Source: a virus
Strand: one strand, 5' to 3'
Length of the DNA stretch: 17,104 bases
Virus genome (UHGV): UHGV-0120250
The position numbers were made by a program, and so were the translations under genes. The notes beneath the pieces were generated by a model. That model searched no databases. It was not told where the DNA came from and saw nothing but the letters and a program-made list of their open reading frames with translations. Shown in pieces: positions 7,454-16,590 of the stretch (positions are counted from its first letter, which is position 1; every line of letters begins with the position of its first letter).

Positions 7454-7460
7454 TTAAATC

Positions 7461-7526
7461 TATCACCGCAAGGGATAAACTTCTAACACCGTGCGTGTTG
7501 ACTATTTTACCTCTAGCGGTGATAAT
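7461..7526. promoter_or_regulatory. OR3-OR2-OR1 operators with divergent pRM and pR promoters
   Basis: OR3 tatcaccgcaagggata 7461..7477; OR2 taacaccgtgcgtgttg 7484..7500; OR1 tacctctagcggtgata 7508..7524; pR -35 TTGACT 7498..7503 and -10 GATAAT 7521..7526; AAGGAGG SD before cro. Confidence 0.9.
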
Positions 7527-7550
7527 GATTGCCTGTACTAAGGAGGTTGT

Positions 7551-7751
7551 ATGGAACAACGCATAACCCTGAAAGATTATGCAATACGCTTTGGGCAAAC
7601 CAAGACGGCTAAAGATCTCGGCGTATATCAAAGCGCGATTAACAAGGCCATTCATGCAGGCCGAAAGATTTTTTTAACTATAAACGCTGATGGAAGCGTT
7701 TATGCGGAAGAAATAAAGCCCTTCCCAAGTAACAAAAAAACAACTGCATAA
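7551..7751 (+). CDS. cro: Cro repressor, 66 aa
   Basis: [54 protein letters not shown]... matches lambda Cro as recalled. Confidence 0.95.
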   Translation: MEQRITLKDYAIRFGQTKTAKDLGVYQSAINKAIHAGRKIFLTINADGSVYAEEIKPFPSNKKTTA

Positions 7752-7758
7752 GTAACAC

Positions 7759-7804
7759 CGCTCTTTTCACAATGGACATTCGTCCTACGTCGCTGACAAA
7801 GCGA
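7759..7804 (+). promoter_or_regulatory. nutR-like site: boxA-like CGCTCTTTT plus boxB hairpin TCGCTGACAAAGCGA
   Basis: boxA-like 7759..7767; boxB 7790..7804 with the same GACAA loop as the nutL hairpin; located between cro and cII. Confidence 0.45.
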
Positions 7805-7888
7805 GCCCCAAGATATCTGACCAACTAAGGCCATATGCGTTTCCACGCATACCTTTCAACTAACTATTCACTATTGGAAAATTAACAA

Positions 7889-8185
7889 ATGACACAAGCA
7901 AGTTACAGCAAGCCAACACAGCGAGAAATTGATCGCGCTGAAACTGATTTACTCATCAACCTGTCAACGCTTACCCAGCGCGGTCTGGCAAAGATGATTG
8001 GCTGTCATGAATCGAAGATAAGCAGAACGGACTGGAGATTTATTGCTTCGGTCTTGTGTGCTTTCGGAATGGCATCAGACATCAGTCCGATTAGCAGGGC
8101 TTTTAAGTATGCGCTTGATGAAATCACAAAGAAAAAATCCCCGGTGGCCGCCGGGGACTCTAAGCAAATTGATATGCAATTCTGA
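7889..8185 (+). CDS. cII: cII-like transcriptional activator, 98 aa
   Basis: Position after cro/nutR; size 98 aa; C-terminus ...[18 protein letters not shown] parallels lambda cII ...KKRPAATERSEQIQMEF (from memory); helix-turn-helix-like centre. Confidence 0.8.
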   Translation: MTQASYSKPTQREIDRAETDLLINLSTLTQRGLAKMIGCHESKISRTDWRFIASVLCAFGMASDISPISRAFKYALDEITKKKSPVAAGDSKQIDMQF

Positions 8186-8217
8186 GGGAATTACTGGATC
8201 AATCCACAGGAGTAATT

Positions 8218-8364
8218 ATGACAAAACAACTCAGTCCTTACCAGGACAAAATTCACAAACACATACTACGTGATCGCTTCCTGTCCAGCTTCAAGCAGCC
8301 TGGTCGATTCCGGGCTGAGTTGGAAAAAGTGAAGCTGATGCAGAAGGAGAAAGGTCATGAGTAA
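8218..8364 (+). CDS. small hypothetical protein, 48 aa ([48 protein letters not shown])
   Basis: Hand-translated; below the ORF-track size cutoff; AGGAG SD 5 nt upstream; stop overlaps the O start (ATGAGTAA). Confidence 0.4.
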   Translation: MTKQLSPYQDKIHKHILRDRFLSSFKQPGRFRAELEKVKLMQKEKGHE

Positions 8365-9217
8365 TCTTGCAACCGTAACACATTTAAGGCCTTCACAACG
8401 GCCTGTGGAGCGTCGTGTGGCAGAAGTTGAAGATGGTTATACCCGTCTTGCAAATGCCCTGTATGAAGAGCTTATCGGCGCTGATTTAACGAAAAATCAG
8501 AGCAAGGTTGCCCACGCCATATGCCGTAAAACATACGGCTACGGTAAAAAGATGGATCGCATCTCTGATAGTCAGTTAGCTCAAATTACCAGGCTGCCAA
8601 GACAGAAGGTAAACAAGGCCAAGAATGAGCTTATCGCGATGAAGGTTATCCTTCGCGAAGGCCAGCAAATCGGGCCTAACAAGAACATCGAGGAATGGCA
8701 AATCGAAGGGTGTCACTACTCTGGTGATAATGTCACTGCATTGGTGACAAAAAGTGTCACCAAAACGGTGACAGCGCTGTCACCAAAACAGGGACACACA
8801 AAAGAAACTATTACAAAAGAAAAAAGAAATAATAAAAACACTATGTCCGAAAGTGTTCGGACGGAGTGTGAAAAATCACATGACCGTCACGAAGAAACCG
8901 ACAAGGCATTCGAGGAAATATTCTGGTGTGCAGGCATGCGGAAAGCCGGGAAGAAAAACGCAGCTTCGGCATTCAGAACACAGTTCAGGGAATGGCGTAA
9001 AACTACCAGGGGTACGGCAAGCGAGTTTGCCACGATGCTGGCAGAAGACATCGCATGCAGGAATGGTAAGCAGTTCGGATTCGACAGGTTGTTACCATCG
9101 AGCTACCTGAACGGTCAACGCTGGAACGACGAGAAGCCAGAAACTATTCAACCACAATCCAAACCATCATCCGCAATCACCGTATCGAAAACTGGCTACG
9201 TGTTTTTCGACAGGTGA
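8357..9217 (+). CDS. O: replication initiator O-like protein, 286 aa
   Basis: N-terminal domain [56 protein letters not shown] resembles lambda O (DGYARLSNMLLEAYSGADLTKRQFKVLLAILRKTYGWNKPMDRITDSQLSEITKLP, from memory); iterons lie inside the gene. Confidence 0.85.
   Translation: MSNLATVTHLRPSQRPVERRVAEVEDGYTRLANALYEELIGADLTKNQSKVAHAICRKTYGYGKKMDRISDSQLAQITRLPRQKVNKAKNELIAMKVILREGQQIGPNKNIEEWQIEGCHYSGDNVTALVTKSVTKTVTALSPKQGHTKETITKEKRNNKNTMSESVRTECEKSHDRHEETDKAFEEIFWCAGMRKAGKKNAASAFRTQFREWRKTTRGTASEFATMLAEDIACRNGKQFGFDRLLPSSYLNGQRWNDEKPETIQPQSKPSSAITVSKTGYVFFDR
8711..8845. repeat. candidate replication origin inside O: GGTGACA/TGTCACC iteron cluster followed by an A-rich tract
   Basis: At least six TGTCAC / GGTGACA units in alternating orientation across 8711..8790, then an A-rich run (aaagaaactattacaaaagaaaaaagaaataataaaaacac) at 8797..8845; same layout as ori-lambda within O. 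Confidence 0.55.
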
Positions 9218-9324
9218 ACCATGAAATAAAAAATCAAATCGCTACTGGTCGCTGGTTATAACCACGGCTGGTTAAGTATTTCGTTTGTCGATTTCTGGTT
9301 TAAAAATCTCAATCTGAGGGAATC

Positions 9325-11205
9325 ATGAGGCCAAGTGAACTTAGCGACCTGCTTTGGGCGCAGGTTGACAGGGTGGCTCCGCACCTGTTGCCAAACGGCA
9401 AGAAAGAGGGGCATGAGTGGGTTGCCGGTAACGTCAACGGTGACAAGGGAAACAGCCTTAAGGTCAACCTTAGCGGCAAGAAAAAATGGGCTGATTTCGC
9501 TGAGGGAGACGGCGGTGACATGCTTGATTTGTGGATGGCATGTCGTGGAATTAACCTGCATCAGGCTATGCAGGAAGCGAAAGCCTTTCTCGGAATCAAG
9601 GATGACGATCACCATTTCGATGCCAAACGTGAGAAGAAATTCTCCAGACCTGACCGCAAGAAAATCGCCCGCTACGTTACCAGAACAGAATCCCATCTTG
9701 AGTACCTGCAATCGCGTGGCATATCGCCAGAAGTCGTAAAGCGCTACGAGGTTGTCAGCGGCAAGGTGTGGAATGGAGAACGAGAACTTGATGCACTGGT
9801 GCTTCCGTACAAACGCGATGGTGAGTTGTTGCAGGTCAAGCGAATCAGCACTGAGCGCCCGGACGGGAAGAAAGTCATTATGGCAGAAGGTGATTGTGAA
9901 CCTTGTCTGTTCGGATGGCAGGCTCTGGACGCTGGCGTGAGGGCGGTTGTACTTTGCGAAGGCGAAATTGATTGTATGAGCTATGCGCAATACGGCATCT
10001 CGGCGTTATCCGTGCCGTTTGGTGGCGGGAAAGGCGCTAAGCAACAGTGGATTGAGTTTGAGTATCACAACCTCGACAGGTTTGAGGAAATATTCATCTC
10101 GATGGACGTTGATGATGTTGGTCGTGAAGCCGCAAGGGAAATCGCAAGCCGACTCGGTGAACATCGTTGCCGTCTTGTTACTCTGCCGTACAAAGACATC
10201 AACGAATGCCTGATGAACGGTGTTACCGAGGATGAAATCTGGCAGTACATCGGCACGGCATCCTACTTCGATCCTGAAGAACTCTACAGCGCGCGAGAGT
10301 TTTACCAGGACACTATCAACGCTTTCTACGGCAAGCAGCAGTATCTGTTTAATCCACCGTGGGAATCTCTGGCAGATAAATTCCAGTTCCGTGAGGCCGA
10401 GTTGACGCTGGTCAATGGTGTGAACGGTCACGGAAAAACGGAGGTTGTCGGGCATATGGCACTTGAGGCAATGCGTCAGGGTGTGAAGACGTGCATCGCG
10501 TCACTTGAGCTGAAGCCTGGTATTCTCCTTAAGCGCCTTACCCGTCAGGCGACGTGCTGCAAGATGCCGCCAGTGCTGGAAATTGACTCTGCATTTAAAT
10601 TTTATGACGAAAGACTTTGGGTGTTTGGCCTGACCGGAACGGCGAAAGCCGACAGGCTGATCGAAATATTCGACTACGCTCGCCGCCGATACGGGATCCA
10701 GTTATTCATCATCGACAGCCTGATGAAATGTGGCATAGGCGACGATGACTATAACGGGCAGAAGGCGTTTGTTGACTCGATTTGCGACTTCAAAAACAAA
10801 ACAAACTCCCACGTCATTCTCGTTACTCACTCGCGAAAAGGAGACAGCGAAGAAAAACCAACCGGGAAAATGGACGTAAAAGGCTCTGGAGCGATAACAG
10901 ACCTGACAGACAACCTTTTCATCATCTGGCGTAACAAGGCTCGCGAGAGAGCGTTACAGAGAGTTCAGAGTGGTGAAAAGATGTCAGAGAAGGACGAACA
11001 GCTACTGGCATCTCCGGCATCTGTTTTGATGCTTGAAAAACAACGTAACGGCGAAGGTTGGGAAGGTGGTGTCCCGTTGTTCCTTGACGAGCAATCGCAC
11101 CAGTTCCTGCAACTTGAATCAGGATCGCCTTATAGCTACATCGCCAATATGCCGAAATCGGAATATGACGAGGCGTGGCGACAGGAAAACGTGACGGAGT
11201 ATTAA
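9325..11205 (+). CDS. bifunctional DNA primase (Toprim) / RecA-fold replicative helicase, 626 aa
   Basis: GAGGG SD before ATG 9325; Toprim-like acidic cluster (VVLCEGEIDCMSYAQ ... ISMDVDDVG); Walker A-like LVNGVNGHGKTEV and Walker B-like LFIIDSLMK in the C-terminal half. Occupies the lambda P position. Confidence 0.9.
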   Translation: MRPSELSDLLWAQVDRVAPHLLPNGKKEGHEWVAGNVNGDKGNSLKVNLSGKKKWADFAEGDGGDMLDLWMACRGINLHQAMQEAKAFLGIKDDDHHFDAKREKKFSRPDRKKIARYVTRTESHLEYLQSRGISPEVVKRYEVVSGKVWNGERELDALVLPYKRDGELLQVKRISTERPDGKKVIMAEGDCEPCLFGWQALDAGVRAVVLCEGEIDCMSYAQYGISALSVPFGGGKGAKQQWIEFEYHNLDRFEEIFISMDVDDVGREAAREIASRLGEHRCRLVTLPYKDINECLMNGVTEDEIWQYIGTASYFDPEELYSAREFYQDTINAFYGKQQYLFNPPWESLADKFQFREAELTLVNGVNGHGKTEVVGHMALEAMRQGVKTCIASLELKPGILLKRLTRQATCCKMPPVLEIDSAFKFYDERLWVFGLTGTAKADRLIEIFDYARRRYGIQLFIIDSLMKCGIGDDDYNGQKAFVDSICDFKNKTNSHVILVTHSRKGDSEEKPTGKMDVKGSGAITDLTDNLFIIWRNKARERALQRVQSGEKMSEKDEQLLASPASVLMLEKQRNGEGWEGGVPLFLDEQSHQFLQLESGSPYSYIANMPKSEYDEAWRQENVTEY

Positions 11206-11234
11206 ATGACCATCTACATCACTGAGCTAATAAC

Positions 11235-11267
11235 AGGCCTGCTGGTAATCGCAGGCCTTTTTATTTG
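11235..11267 (+). terminator. intrinsic terminator between the replication genes and the nin region (tR2-like position)
   Basis: AGGCCTGC-tggtaatc-GCAGGCCT followed by TTTTTATTT. Confidence 0.6.
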
Positions 11268-11282
11268 GGGGAGAGGGAAGTC

Positions 11283-11699
11283 ATGAAAAAACTAACCTTT
11301 GAAATTCGATCTCCAGCACATCAGCAAAACGCTATTCACGCGGTACAGCAAATTCTTCCAGACCCAACCAAACCAATCGTAGTAACCATTCAGGAACGCA
11401 ACCGCAGCATTCGGCAAAATGCACGCCTTCACGCGATGCTATCTGAAATAAGTAAGAAGGCTACATATCATGGAAAAGCAAGAAATATTGAGTTTTGGAA
11501 GGGGTTATTCGTTTCTGGTTGGCAGATTGCAACCAACCAGCACCCTGAGATTATATCAGGGTTAGAAGGTGAGCTAATAAACATCAGAGAGAGTACGGCG
11601 ACTCTATCTGTAAAAAAAATATCCGAAATAATGGACTACATAGAAGCATATTGTGCCATGAACTCAATTCATCTTAGCGAATGGAGGGATTATGATTGA
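11283..11699 (+). CDS. ninB: NinB (Orf-family recombination mediator), 138 aa, C-terminally altered
   Basis: First 42 residues MKKLTFEIRSPAHQQNAIHAVQQILPDPTKPIVVTIQERNRS match lambda NinB as recalled; the rest is divergent but alignable; the track ORF starts 6 codons earlier. Confidence 0.85.
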   Translation: MKKLTFEIRSPAHQQNAIHAVQQILPDPTKPIVVTIQERNRSIRQNARLHAMLSEISKKATYHGKARNIEFWKGLFVSGWQIATNQHPEIISGLEGELINIRESTATLSVKKISEIMDYIEAYCAMNSIHLSEWRDYD

Positions 11700-12294
11700 G
11701 GTTTGGGTAGATATCGAAGGGATTCCATTTTATCAGGTTAGCAATAAAGGAAATTTCAGGTCTATTACGAGGGAAGTTACAGTAACATCAACCAGACAGA
11801 GGCCATATAAGAAAATAATTAATGGCACTAGCATAAAACCATTCAAGTGCAAGTCGACAGGATATCTTCAAATAAAGGTATACGGTAAGAAATACAGCGC
11901 CCACAGGATAGTTGCGAAAGCATTCTGTACAGGGTTCTGTGATGGCTTGGTAGTTAATCACAAAAATGGGCAAAGAGATGACAATAGGGCTGAAAACCTT
12001 GAATGGGTATCACATTCTGAAAACTCAAAGCACGGATATAAACAAAATGGAAGAATACCTATATCGCTAGGTAAATTTAGTGGTGATCATCCTGCCAGTA
12101 AAGCTGTTATTTCTACTGACATGAAAACTGGTGAGGAGGTTTATTATGAAGCAGCTATGGATGCTGTCAGAGAAGGATTTGATAGTTCGTCAATTAGTCG
12201 TTGCTGTAATGGCGAAAGCTCATATCACAAAGGAAGATTCTGGCGATTTGCAAATGAAACAATGAAAGCAAGATGGGGAGATCGGGCTGCATGA
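11692..12294 (+). CDS. HNH homing-type endonuclease with NUMOD4 motif, 200 aa
   Basis: N-terminal EVWVDIEGIPFYQVSNKGNFRSI (NUMOD4-like) and HNH core NHKNGQRDDNRAENLEWVSHSEN; start overlaps the ninB stop; the last 9 residues KARWGDRAA equal the lambda NinB C-terminus. Confidence 0.85.
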   Translation: MIEVWVDIEGIPFYQVSNKGNFRSITREVTVTSTRQRPYKKIINGTSIKPFKCKSTGYLQIKVYGKKYSAHRIVAKAFCTGFCDGLVVNHKNGQRDDNRAENLEWVSHSENSKHGYKQNGRIPISLGKFSGDHPASKAVISTDMKTGEEVYYEAAMDAVREGFDSSSISRCCNGESSYHKGRFWRFANETMKARWGDRAA

Positions 12295-12818
12295 CTATCA
12301 AATCAAATACGCCAGCACACGACAAGGACTGCTGGCAAACGCCGCTTTGGCTTTTTGATGCACTGGATATTGAGTTTGGATTCTGGCTGGATTCGGCAGC
12401 GAGCGACAAAAATGCTCTGTGTGCTCACTGGCTAACTGAGGCCGACGACGCGCTCAATTCTGAGTGGGTAAGCCACGGTGCAATCTGGAATAACCCACCG
12501 TACAGCAATATCAGGCCGTGGGTGGAAAAAGCCGCTGAGCAGTGCATACAACAGCGACAGACGGTAGTTATGCTTGTGCCAGAGGATATGTCAGTCGGAT
12601 GGTTCAGCAAGGCTCTGGAGAGTGTCGACGAAGTTCGCATTATCACTGATGGACGGATTAATTTTATCGAACCATCGACAGGGCTGGAGAAGAAGGGAAA
12701 CAGCAAAGGCTCCATGCTGCTGATTTGGCGACCGTTCATCAGTCCTCGACGGATGTTTACTACCGTATCCAAAGCGGCATTGATGGCGATCGGGCAGGGC
12801 GTCAGGAGGGCGGCATGA
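12291..12818 (+). CDS. phage DNA N6-adenine methyltransferase (Dam family), 175 aa
   Basis: Catalytic NPPY motif ([10 protein letters not shown]); ATGA overlap with the HNH stop; internal start of the track ORF 12273..12818. Confidence 0.85.
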   Translation: MTIKSNTPAHDKDCWQTPLWLFDALDIEFGFWLDSAASDKNALCAHWLTEADDALNSEWVSHGAIWNNPPYSNIRPWVEKAAEQCIQQRQTVVMLVPEDMSVGWFSKALESVDEVRIITDGRINFIEPSTGLEKKGNSKGSMLLIWRPFISPRRMFTTVSKAALMAIGQGVRRAA

Positions 12819-12991
12819 GGCGACAGCGACGAAGTATCACCGACATAATCTGCGAAAACTGCAAATACCTTCCAACGAAACGCTCCAGAAATAAACGCAA
12901 GCCAATCCCAAAAGAATCTGACGTAAAAACCTTCAACTACACGGCTCACCTGTGGGATATCCGGTGGCTAAGACATCGTGCGAGGAAATGA
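12815..12991 (+). CDS. ninE: NinE, 58 aa
   Basis: [58 protein letters not shown] matches lambda NinE as recalled; ATGA overlap with the dam stop. Confidence 0.85.
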   Translation: MRRQRRSITDIICENCKYLPTKRSRNKRKPIPKESDVKTFNYTAHLWDIRWLRHRARK

Positions 12992-13395
12992 CAATGCTTT
13001 TAATTCAACCAGGATTTGGCCTTAGCATCAAAAAAGGGCACATGTTTGGCGAGAAAGAATCTCAACGAAAAATGGTGTCGATACAGTTGCCATTTATCAG
13101 TATTTATTGGCTAAACAGGGAGGCAACAAATTATTGGTATACATGCGCCAGAGCAGCATTTAACGACCCTGACTGGTTTGTGAAAAACCACCACGCAGTT
13201 CGTCAGGCAAAGAGAAAGGCCAATACGACATACATGAAGGCGTATCGAAAAGCATGGAAAGAACACCGCGATCGATACCAGCAAGATATGGAAAAGCTTG
13301 AATCAGAAAACATGGAATTAAGACGAAAGCTTGGTGAAGCAAAACGAGACATTGATGCTTACAAGCGACTTTTTAATGGTGAAAGCCATGCTTAG
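12988..13395 (+). CDS. hypothetical protein, about 135 aa, with a predicted C-terminal coiled coil
   Basis: ORF between ninE and ninF with start/stop overlaps at both ends (ATGA with ninE, ATGCTTAG with ninF); no recognisable family. Confidence 0.5.
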   Translation: MTMLLIQPGFGLSIKKGHMFGEKESQRKMVSIQLPFISIYWLNREATNYWYTCARAAFNDPDWFVKNHHAVRQAKRKANTTYMKAYRKAWKEHRDRYQQDMEKLESENMELRRKLGEAKRDIDAYKRLFNGESHA

Positions 13396-13564
13396 TCCAT
13401 CCCAATCTCTTCAATACCAGAAAGAAAGCGTCGAGCGGGCTTTAACGTGCGCTAACTGCGGTCAGAAGCTGCATGTGCTGGAAGTTCACGTGTGTGAGCA
13501 CTGCTGCGCAGAACTGATGAGCGATCCGAATAGCTCAATGTACGAGGAAGAAGACGATGGCTAA
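13388..13564 (+). CDS. ninF: NinF, 58 aa
   Basis: C-terminal [41 protein letters not shown] matches lambda NinF as recalled; internal start of the track ORF 13331..13564. Confidence 0.8.
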   Translation: MLSPSQSLQYQKESVERALTCANCGQKLHVLEVHVCEHCCAELMSDPNSSMYEEEDDG

Positions 13565-14168
13565 ACCAGCGCGAAGACGATGTAAAAACGATGAATGTCG
13601 GGAATGGTTTCACCCTGCATTCGCTAATCAGTGGTGGTGCTCTCCAGAGTGTGGAACCAAGATAGCACTCGAACGACGAAGTAAAGAACGCGAAAAAGCG
13701 GAAAAAGCAGCAGAGAAGAAACGACGACGAGAGGATCAGAAACAGAAAGATAAACTTAAGATTCGAAAACTCGCCTTAAAGCCCCGCAGTTACTGGATTA
13801 AACAAGCCCAACAAGCCGTAAACGCCTTCATCAGAGAAAGAGACCGCGACTTACCATGTATCTCGTGCGGAACGCTCACGTCTGCTCAGTGGGATGCCGG
13901 GCATTACCGGACAACTGCTGCGGCACCTCAACTCCGATTTGATGAACGCAATATTCACAAGCAATGCGTGGTGTGCAACCAGCACAAAAGCGGAAATCTC
14001 GTTCCGTATCGCGTCGAACTGATTAACCGCATCGGGCAGGAAGCAGTAGACGAAATCGAATCAAACCATAACCGCCATCGCTGGACTGTCGAAGAGTGCA
14101 GGACCATCAAGGCGGAGTATCAACAGAAACTTAAAAAACTGCGAAACAGCAGAAGTGAGGCTGCATGA
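13557..14168 (+). CDS. ninG: NinG (Rap) recombination-associated protein, 203 aa
   Basis: Size, position and Cys-rich N-terminus ([12 protein letters not shown]...WWCSPECG) are consistent with lambda NinG. Confidence 0.85.
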   Translation: MAKPARRRCKNDECREWFHPAFANQWWCSPECGTKIALERRSKEREKAEKAAEKKRRREDQKQKDKLKIRKLALKPRSYWIKQAQQAVNAFIRERDRDLPCISCGTLTSAQWDAGHYRTTAAAPQLRFDERNIHKQCVVCNQHKSGNLVPYRVELINRIGQEAVDEIESNHNRHRWTVEECRTIKAEYQQKLKKLRNSRSEAA

Positions 14169-14836
14169 ATATCTACGAAAGAATTGATGGCAGCAAATAC
14201 CGAAATATTTGGGTAGTTGGCGATCTGCACGGATGCTACACGAACCTGATGAACAAACTGGATACGATTGGATTCGACAACAAAAAAGACCTGCTTATCT
14301 CGGTGGGCGATTTGGTTGATCGTGGTGCAGAGAACGTTGAATGCCTGGAATTAATCACATTCCCCTGGTTCAGAGCTGTACGTGGAAACCATGAGCAAAT
14401 GATGATTGATGGCTTATCAGAGCGTGGAAACGTCAATCACTGGCTGTTTAATGGCGGTGGCTGGTTCTTTAATCTCGATTACGACAAAGAAATTCTGGCT
14501 AAAGCTCTTGCCCATAAAGCAGATGAACTTCCGTTAATCATCGAACTGGTGAGTAAAGAAAAAAAATATGTCATCTGCCACGCCGATTATCCTTGTGACG
14601 AATACGAGTTTGGAAAGCCAGTTGATCATCAGCAGGTAATCTGGAACCGCGAACGAATCGGCAACTCACAAGACGGGATCGTGAAAGAAATCAAAGGCGC
14701 GGACACGTTCATCTTTGGTCATACGCCAGCAGTGAAACCACTCAAATTTGCCAACCAGATGTATATCGATACCGGCGCAGTGTTCTGCGGAAACCTCACA
14801 TTGATTCAGGTACAGGGAGAAGGCGCGTGGGCATAA
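14165..14836 (+). CDS. ninI: Ser/Thr protein phosphatase (lambda PPase, NinI-like), 223 aa
   Basis: Metallophosphatase motifs GDLHG, GDLVDRG, GNHE; size matches lambda phosphatase; ATGA overlap with the ninG stop. Confidence 0.9.
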   Translation: MNIYERIDGSKYRNIWVVGDLHGCYTNLMNKLDTIGFDNKKDLLISVGDLVDRGAENVECLELITFPWFRAVRGNHEQMMIDGLSERGNVNHWLFNGGGWFFNLDYDKEILAKALAHKADELPLIIELVSKEKKYVICHADYPCDEYEFGKPVDHQQVIWNRERIGNSQDGIVKEIKGADTFIFGHTPAVKPLKFANQMYIDTGAVFCGNLTLIQVQGEGAWA

Positions 14837-15345
14837 GAGAACTAAACCTCACCAAAGAACAGCACGATTGGCTGAATGGATGGCTTGAACTGTGGGGCGC
14901 ATGGGTTTATTCAGGTCGTCTGGAAAAGCGCATGAGCAGCGTAATAGCGAAGTTCATGGAGAGCGTAGAGCCGGGAAGAGTTATGACAAGGCCAATGTGT
15001 AATGATGATGATGGAATGTTGATTTCTCAGGTCGTCGATTCCGTCATGTGCATTGACAAGAAAGCCTTTGGCATCCTCCTCAGCTACTACGCTCATGGTT
15101 CATCTAAGCGAGCAATTGCATCCTACTATCACGCGACTGCAAAGCCACGCAAGATGTGTGGACGTGGTGGCGAGGGATGGAGAAAACCTTCACTGGCAAC
15201 CTGTAGAAACGAAATTGACGACATCCTGAAAGCGTCGTTATTTGTTTTGTACCAGCCAATGCAAAATGCTTTCAAAATGCGTAAACGTGTTGAGAAAGTT
15301 AAGCATGTTGCTGTTAAAGGCCTTGACATACAATTATCCATTTAG
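14827..15345 (+). CDS. Q: late antiterminator Q, phage 21/933W type, 172 aa
   Basis: LELWGAWV...[12 protein letters not shown]... parallels 933W Q (LERWGAWA...RPQCCDDDAMII, from memory); position before the lysis genes; apparent GTG start overlapping the phosphatase stop. Confidence 0.75.
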   Translation: MGIRELNLTKEQHDWLNGWLELWGAWVYSGRLEKRMSSVIAKFMESVEPGRVMTRPMCNDDDGMLISQVVDSVMCIDKKAFGILLSYYAHGSSKRAIASYYHATAKPRKMCGRGGEGWRKPSLATCRNEIDDILKASLFVLYQPMQNAFKMRKRVEKVKHVAVKGLDIQLSI

Positions 15346-15408
15346 CCATAATTAGAAGGTAAGCTGCCGTTAGTGACTCTTAAGTTGCAACGGTGGCTTT
15401 TTTTATTT

Positions 15409-15483
15409 GGGTCAGTCGTATAAAGGTCATTACGGAAGGCTGTTAACCTTCTTATCGTGGTTCGAGTCCACGCTGTCCCGCCA
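15409..15483 (+). tRNA. tRNA-Asn-like (anticodon GUU), CCA encoded; imperfect acceptor and D stems
   Basis: Cloverleaf folded by hand: acceptor gggtcag/ctgtccc (one T-T mismatch), anticodon stem gaagg/ccttc, loop CUGUUAA, T-arm cgtgg-TTCGAGT-ccacg, discriminator G, CCA. Confidence 0.5.
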
Positions 15484-15488
15484 AACAT

Positions 15489-15564
15489 GCTGTTTTAGCT
15501 CCAATGGTAGAGCGGTCGCCTTGTAAGCGAATGGGTAGCGGTTCAAGTCCGTTAAACAGCACCA
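15489..15564 (+). tRNA. tRNA-Thr (anticodon UGU), CCA encoded
   Basis: Cloverleaf by hand: perfect 7-bp acceptor gctgttt/aaacagc, D-arm gctc-caatggta-gagc, anticodon loop CUUGUAA, T-arm agcgg-TTCAAGT-ccgtt, discriminator A, CCA. Confidence 0.6.
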
Positions 15565-15651
15565 TAACTGAGCCGTAGCCACTGGCTATCCTGAATTCAT
15601 CAGTGATAGTTACGCTGCGGCCTTCTACACATGATCTTCGTGAAAGCGGGT

Positions 15652-15688
15652 GGCAGGAGGTCGCGCTAACAACCTCCTGCCGTTTTGC
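15652..15688 (+). terminator. hairpin plus T-tract upstream of S, conserved with lambda
   Basis: GGCAGGAGGT-cgcgctaaca-ACCTCCTGCC followed by GTTTTGCCC; the flanking sequence down to the S start matches the lambda region upstream of S as recalled. Confidence 0.5.
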
Positions 15689-15806
15689 CCGTGCATATCG
15701 GTCACGAACAAATCTGATTACTAAACACAGTAGCCTGGATTTGTTCTATCAGTAATCGACCTTATTCCTAAATAAATAGAGCAAATCCCCTTATTGGGGC
15801 TAAGAC

Positions 15807-16130
15807 ATGAAGATGCCAGAAAAACATGACCTGTTAGCCGCCATTCTCGCGGCAAAGGAACAAGGCATCGGGGCAATCCTTGCGTTTGCAATGGCGTACC
15901 TTCGCGGCAGATATAATGGCGGTGCGTTTACAAAAACAGTAATCGACGCAACGATGTGCGCCATTATCGCCTGGTTCATTCGTGACCTTCTCGACTTCGC
16001 CGGACTAAGTAGCAATCTCGCTTATATAACGAGCGTGTTCATCGGCTACATCGGTACTGACTCGATTGGTTCGCTTATCAAACGCTTCGCTGCTAAAAAA
16101 GCCGGAGTAGAAGATGGTGGAAATCAATAA
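15807..16130 (+). CDS. S: holin S (S107/S105 dual start), 107 aa
   Basis: [64 protein letters not shown]... is essentially lambda S, including the MKM dual-start motif. Confidence 0.95.
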   Translation: MKMPEKHDLLAAILAAKEQGIGAILAFAMAYLRGRYNGGAFTKTVIDATMCAIIAWFIRDLLDFAGLSSNLAYITSVFIGYIGTDSIGSLIKRFAAKKAGVEDGGNQ

Positions 16131-16590
16131 TCAACGTAAGGCGTTCCTCGATATGCTGGCGTGGTCAGAGGGAACTGATAACGGACGTCAGAAAACCAGA
16201 AATCATGGTTATGACGTCATTGTTGGCGGAGAGCTATTCACTGATTACTCCGATCACCCTCGCAAACTTGTCACGCTAAACCCCAAACTCAAATCAACAG
16301 CCGCCGGACGCTACCAGCTTCTTTCCCGTTGGTGGGATGCCTACCGCAAGCAGCTTGGCCTGAAAGACTTCTCTCCGAAAAGCCAGGACGCTGTGGCACT
16401 GCAACAGATTAAAGAGCGTGGCGCTTTACCGATGATTGATCGCGGTGATATTCGTCAGGCTATCGACCGTTGCAGCAATATCTGGGCTTCACTGCCGGGC
16501 GCTGGTTATGGCCAGTTCGAGCATAAGGCTGACAGCCTGATTGCAAAATTCAAAGAAGCGGGCGGAACGGTCAGAGAGATTGAGGTATGA
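16114..16590 (+). CDS. R: endolysin R (lytic transglycosylase), 158 aa
   Basis: [49 protein letters not shown]... is near-identical to lambda R as recalled. Confidence 0.95.
   Translation: MVEINNQRKAFLDMLAWSEGTDNGRQKTRNHGYDVIVGGELFTDYSDHPRKLVTLNPKLKSTAAGRYQLLSRWWDAYRKQLGLKDFSPKSQDAVALQQIKERGALPMIDRGDIRQAIDRCSNIWASLPGAGYGQFEHKADSLIAKFKEAGGTVREIEV

Noticed and set aside
9256-9990. 244-aa minus-strand ORF, with nested ORFs at 9309..9521 and 10006..10455
   Set aside because: Lie antisense within the primase-helicase gene, which has strong motif support; no ribosome-binding site and a low-complexity product.
12425-12949. 174-aa minus-strand ORF
   Set aside because: Antisense to the methyltransferase and ninE, which have clear motif and sequence support.
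15366-15404. Possible intrinsic terminator or pR' promoter just after Q (T-run ggcttttttta)
   Set aside because: Only a 5-bp stem with a 17-nt loop can be drawn, and no -35/-10 pair with acceptable spacing is evident; left as unassigned Q-proximal regulatory DNA.
15565-15651. Third tRNA downstream of the tRNA-Thr gene, as in ileZ-argN-argO arrays
   Set aside because: No acceptor stem / T-arm combination can be folded from this segment.
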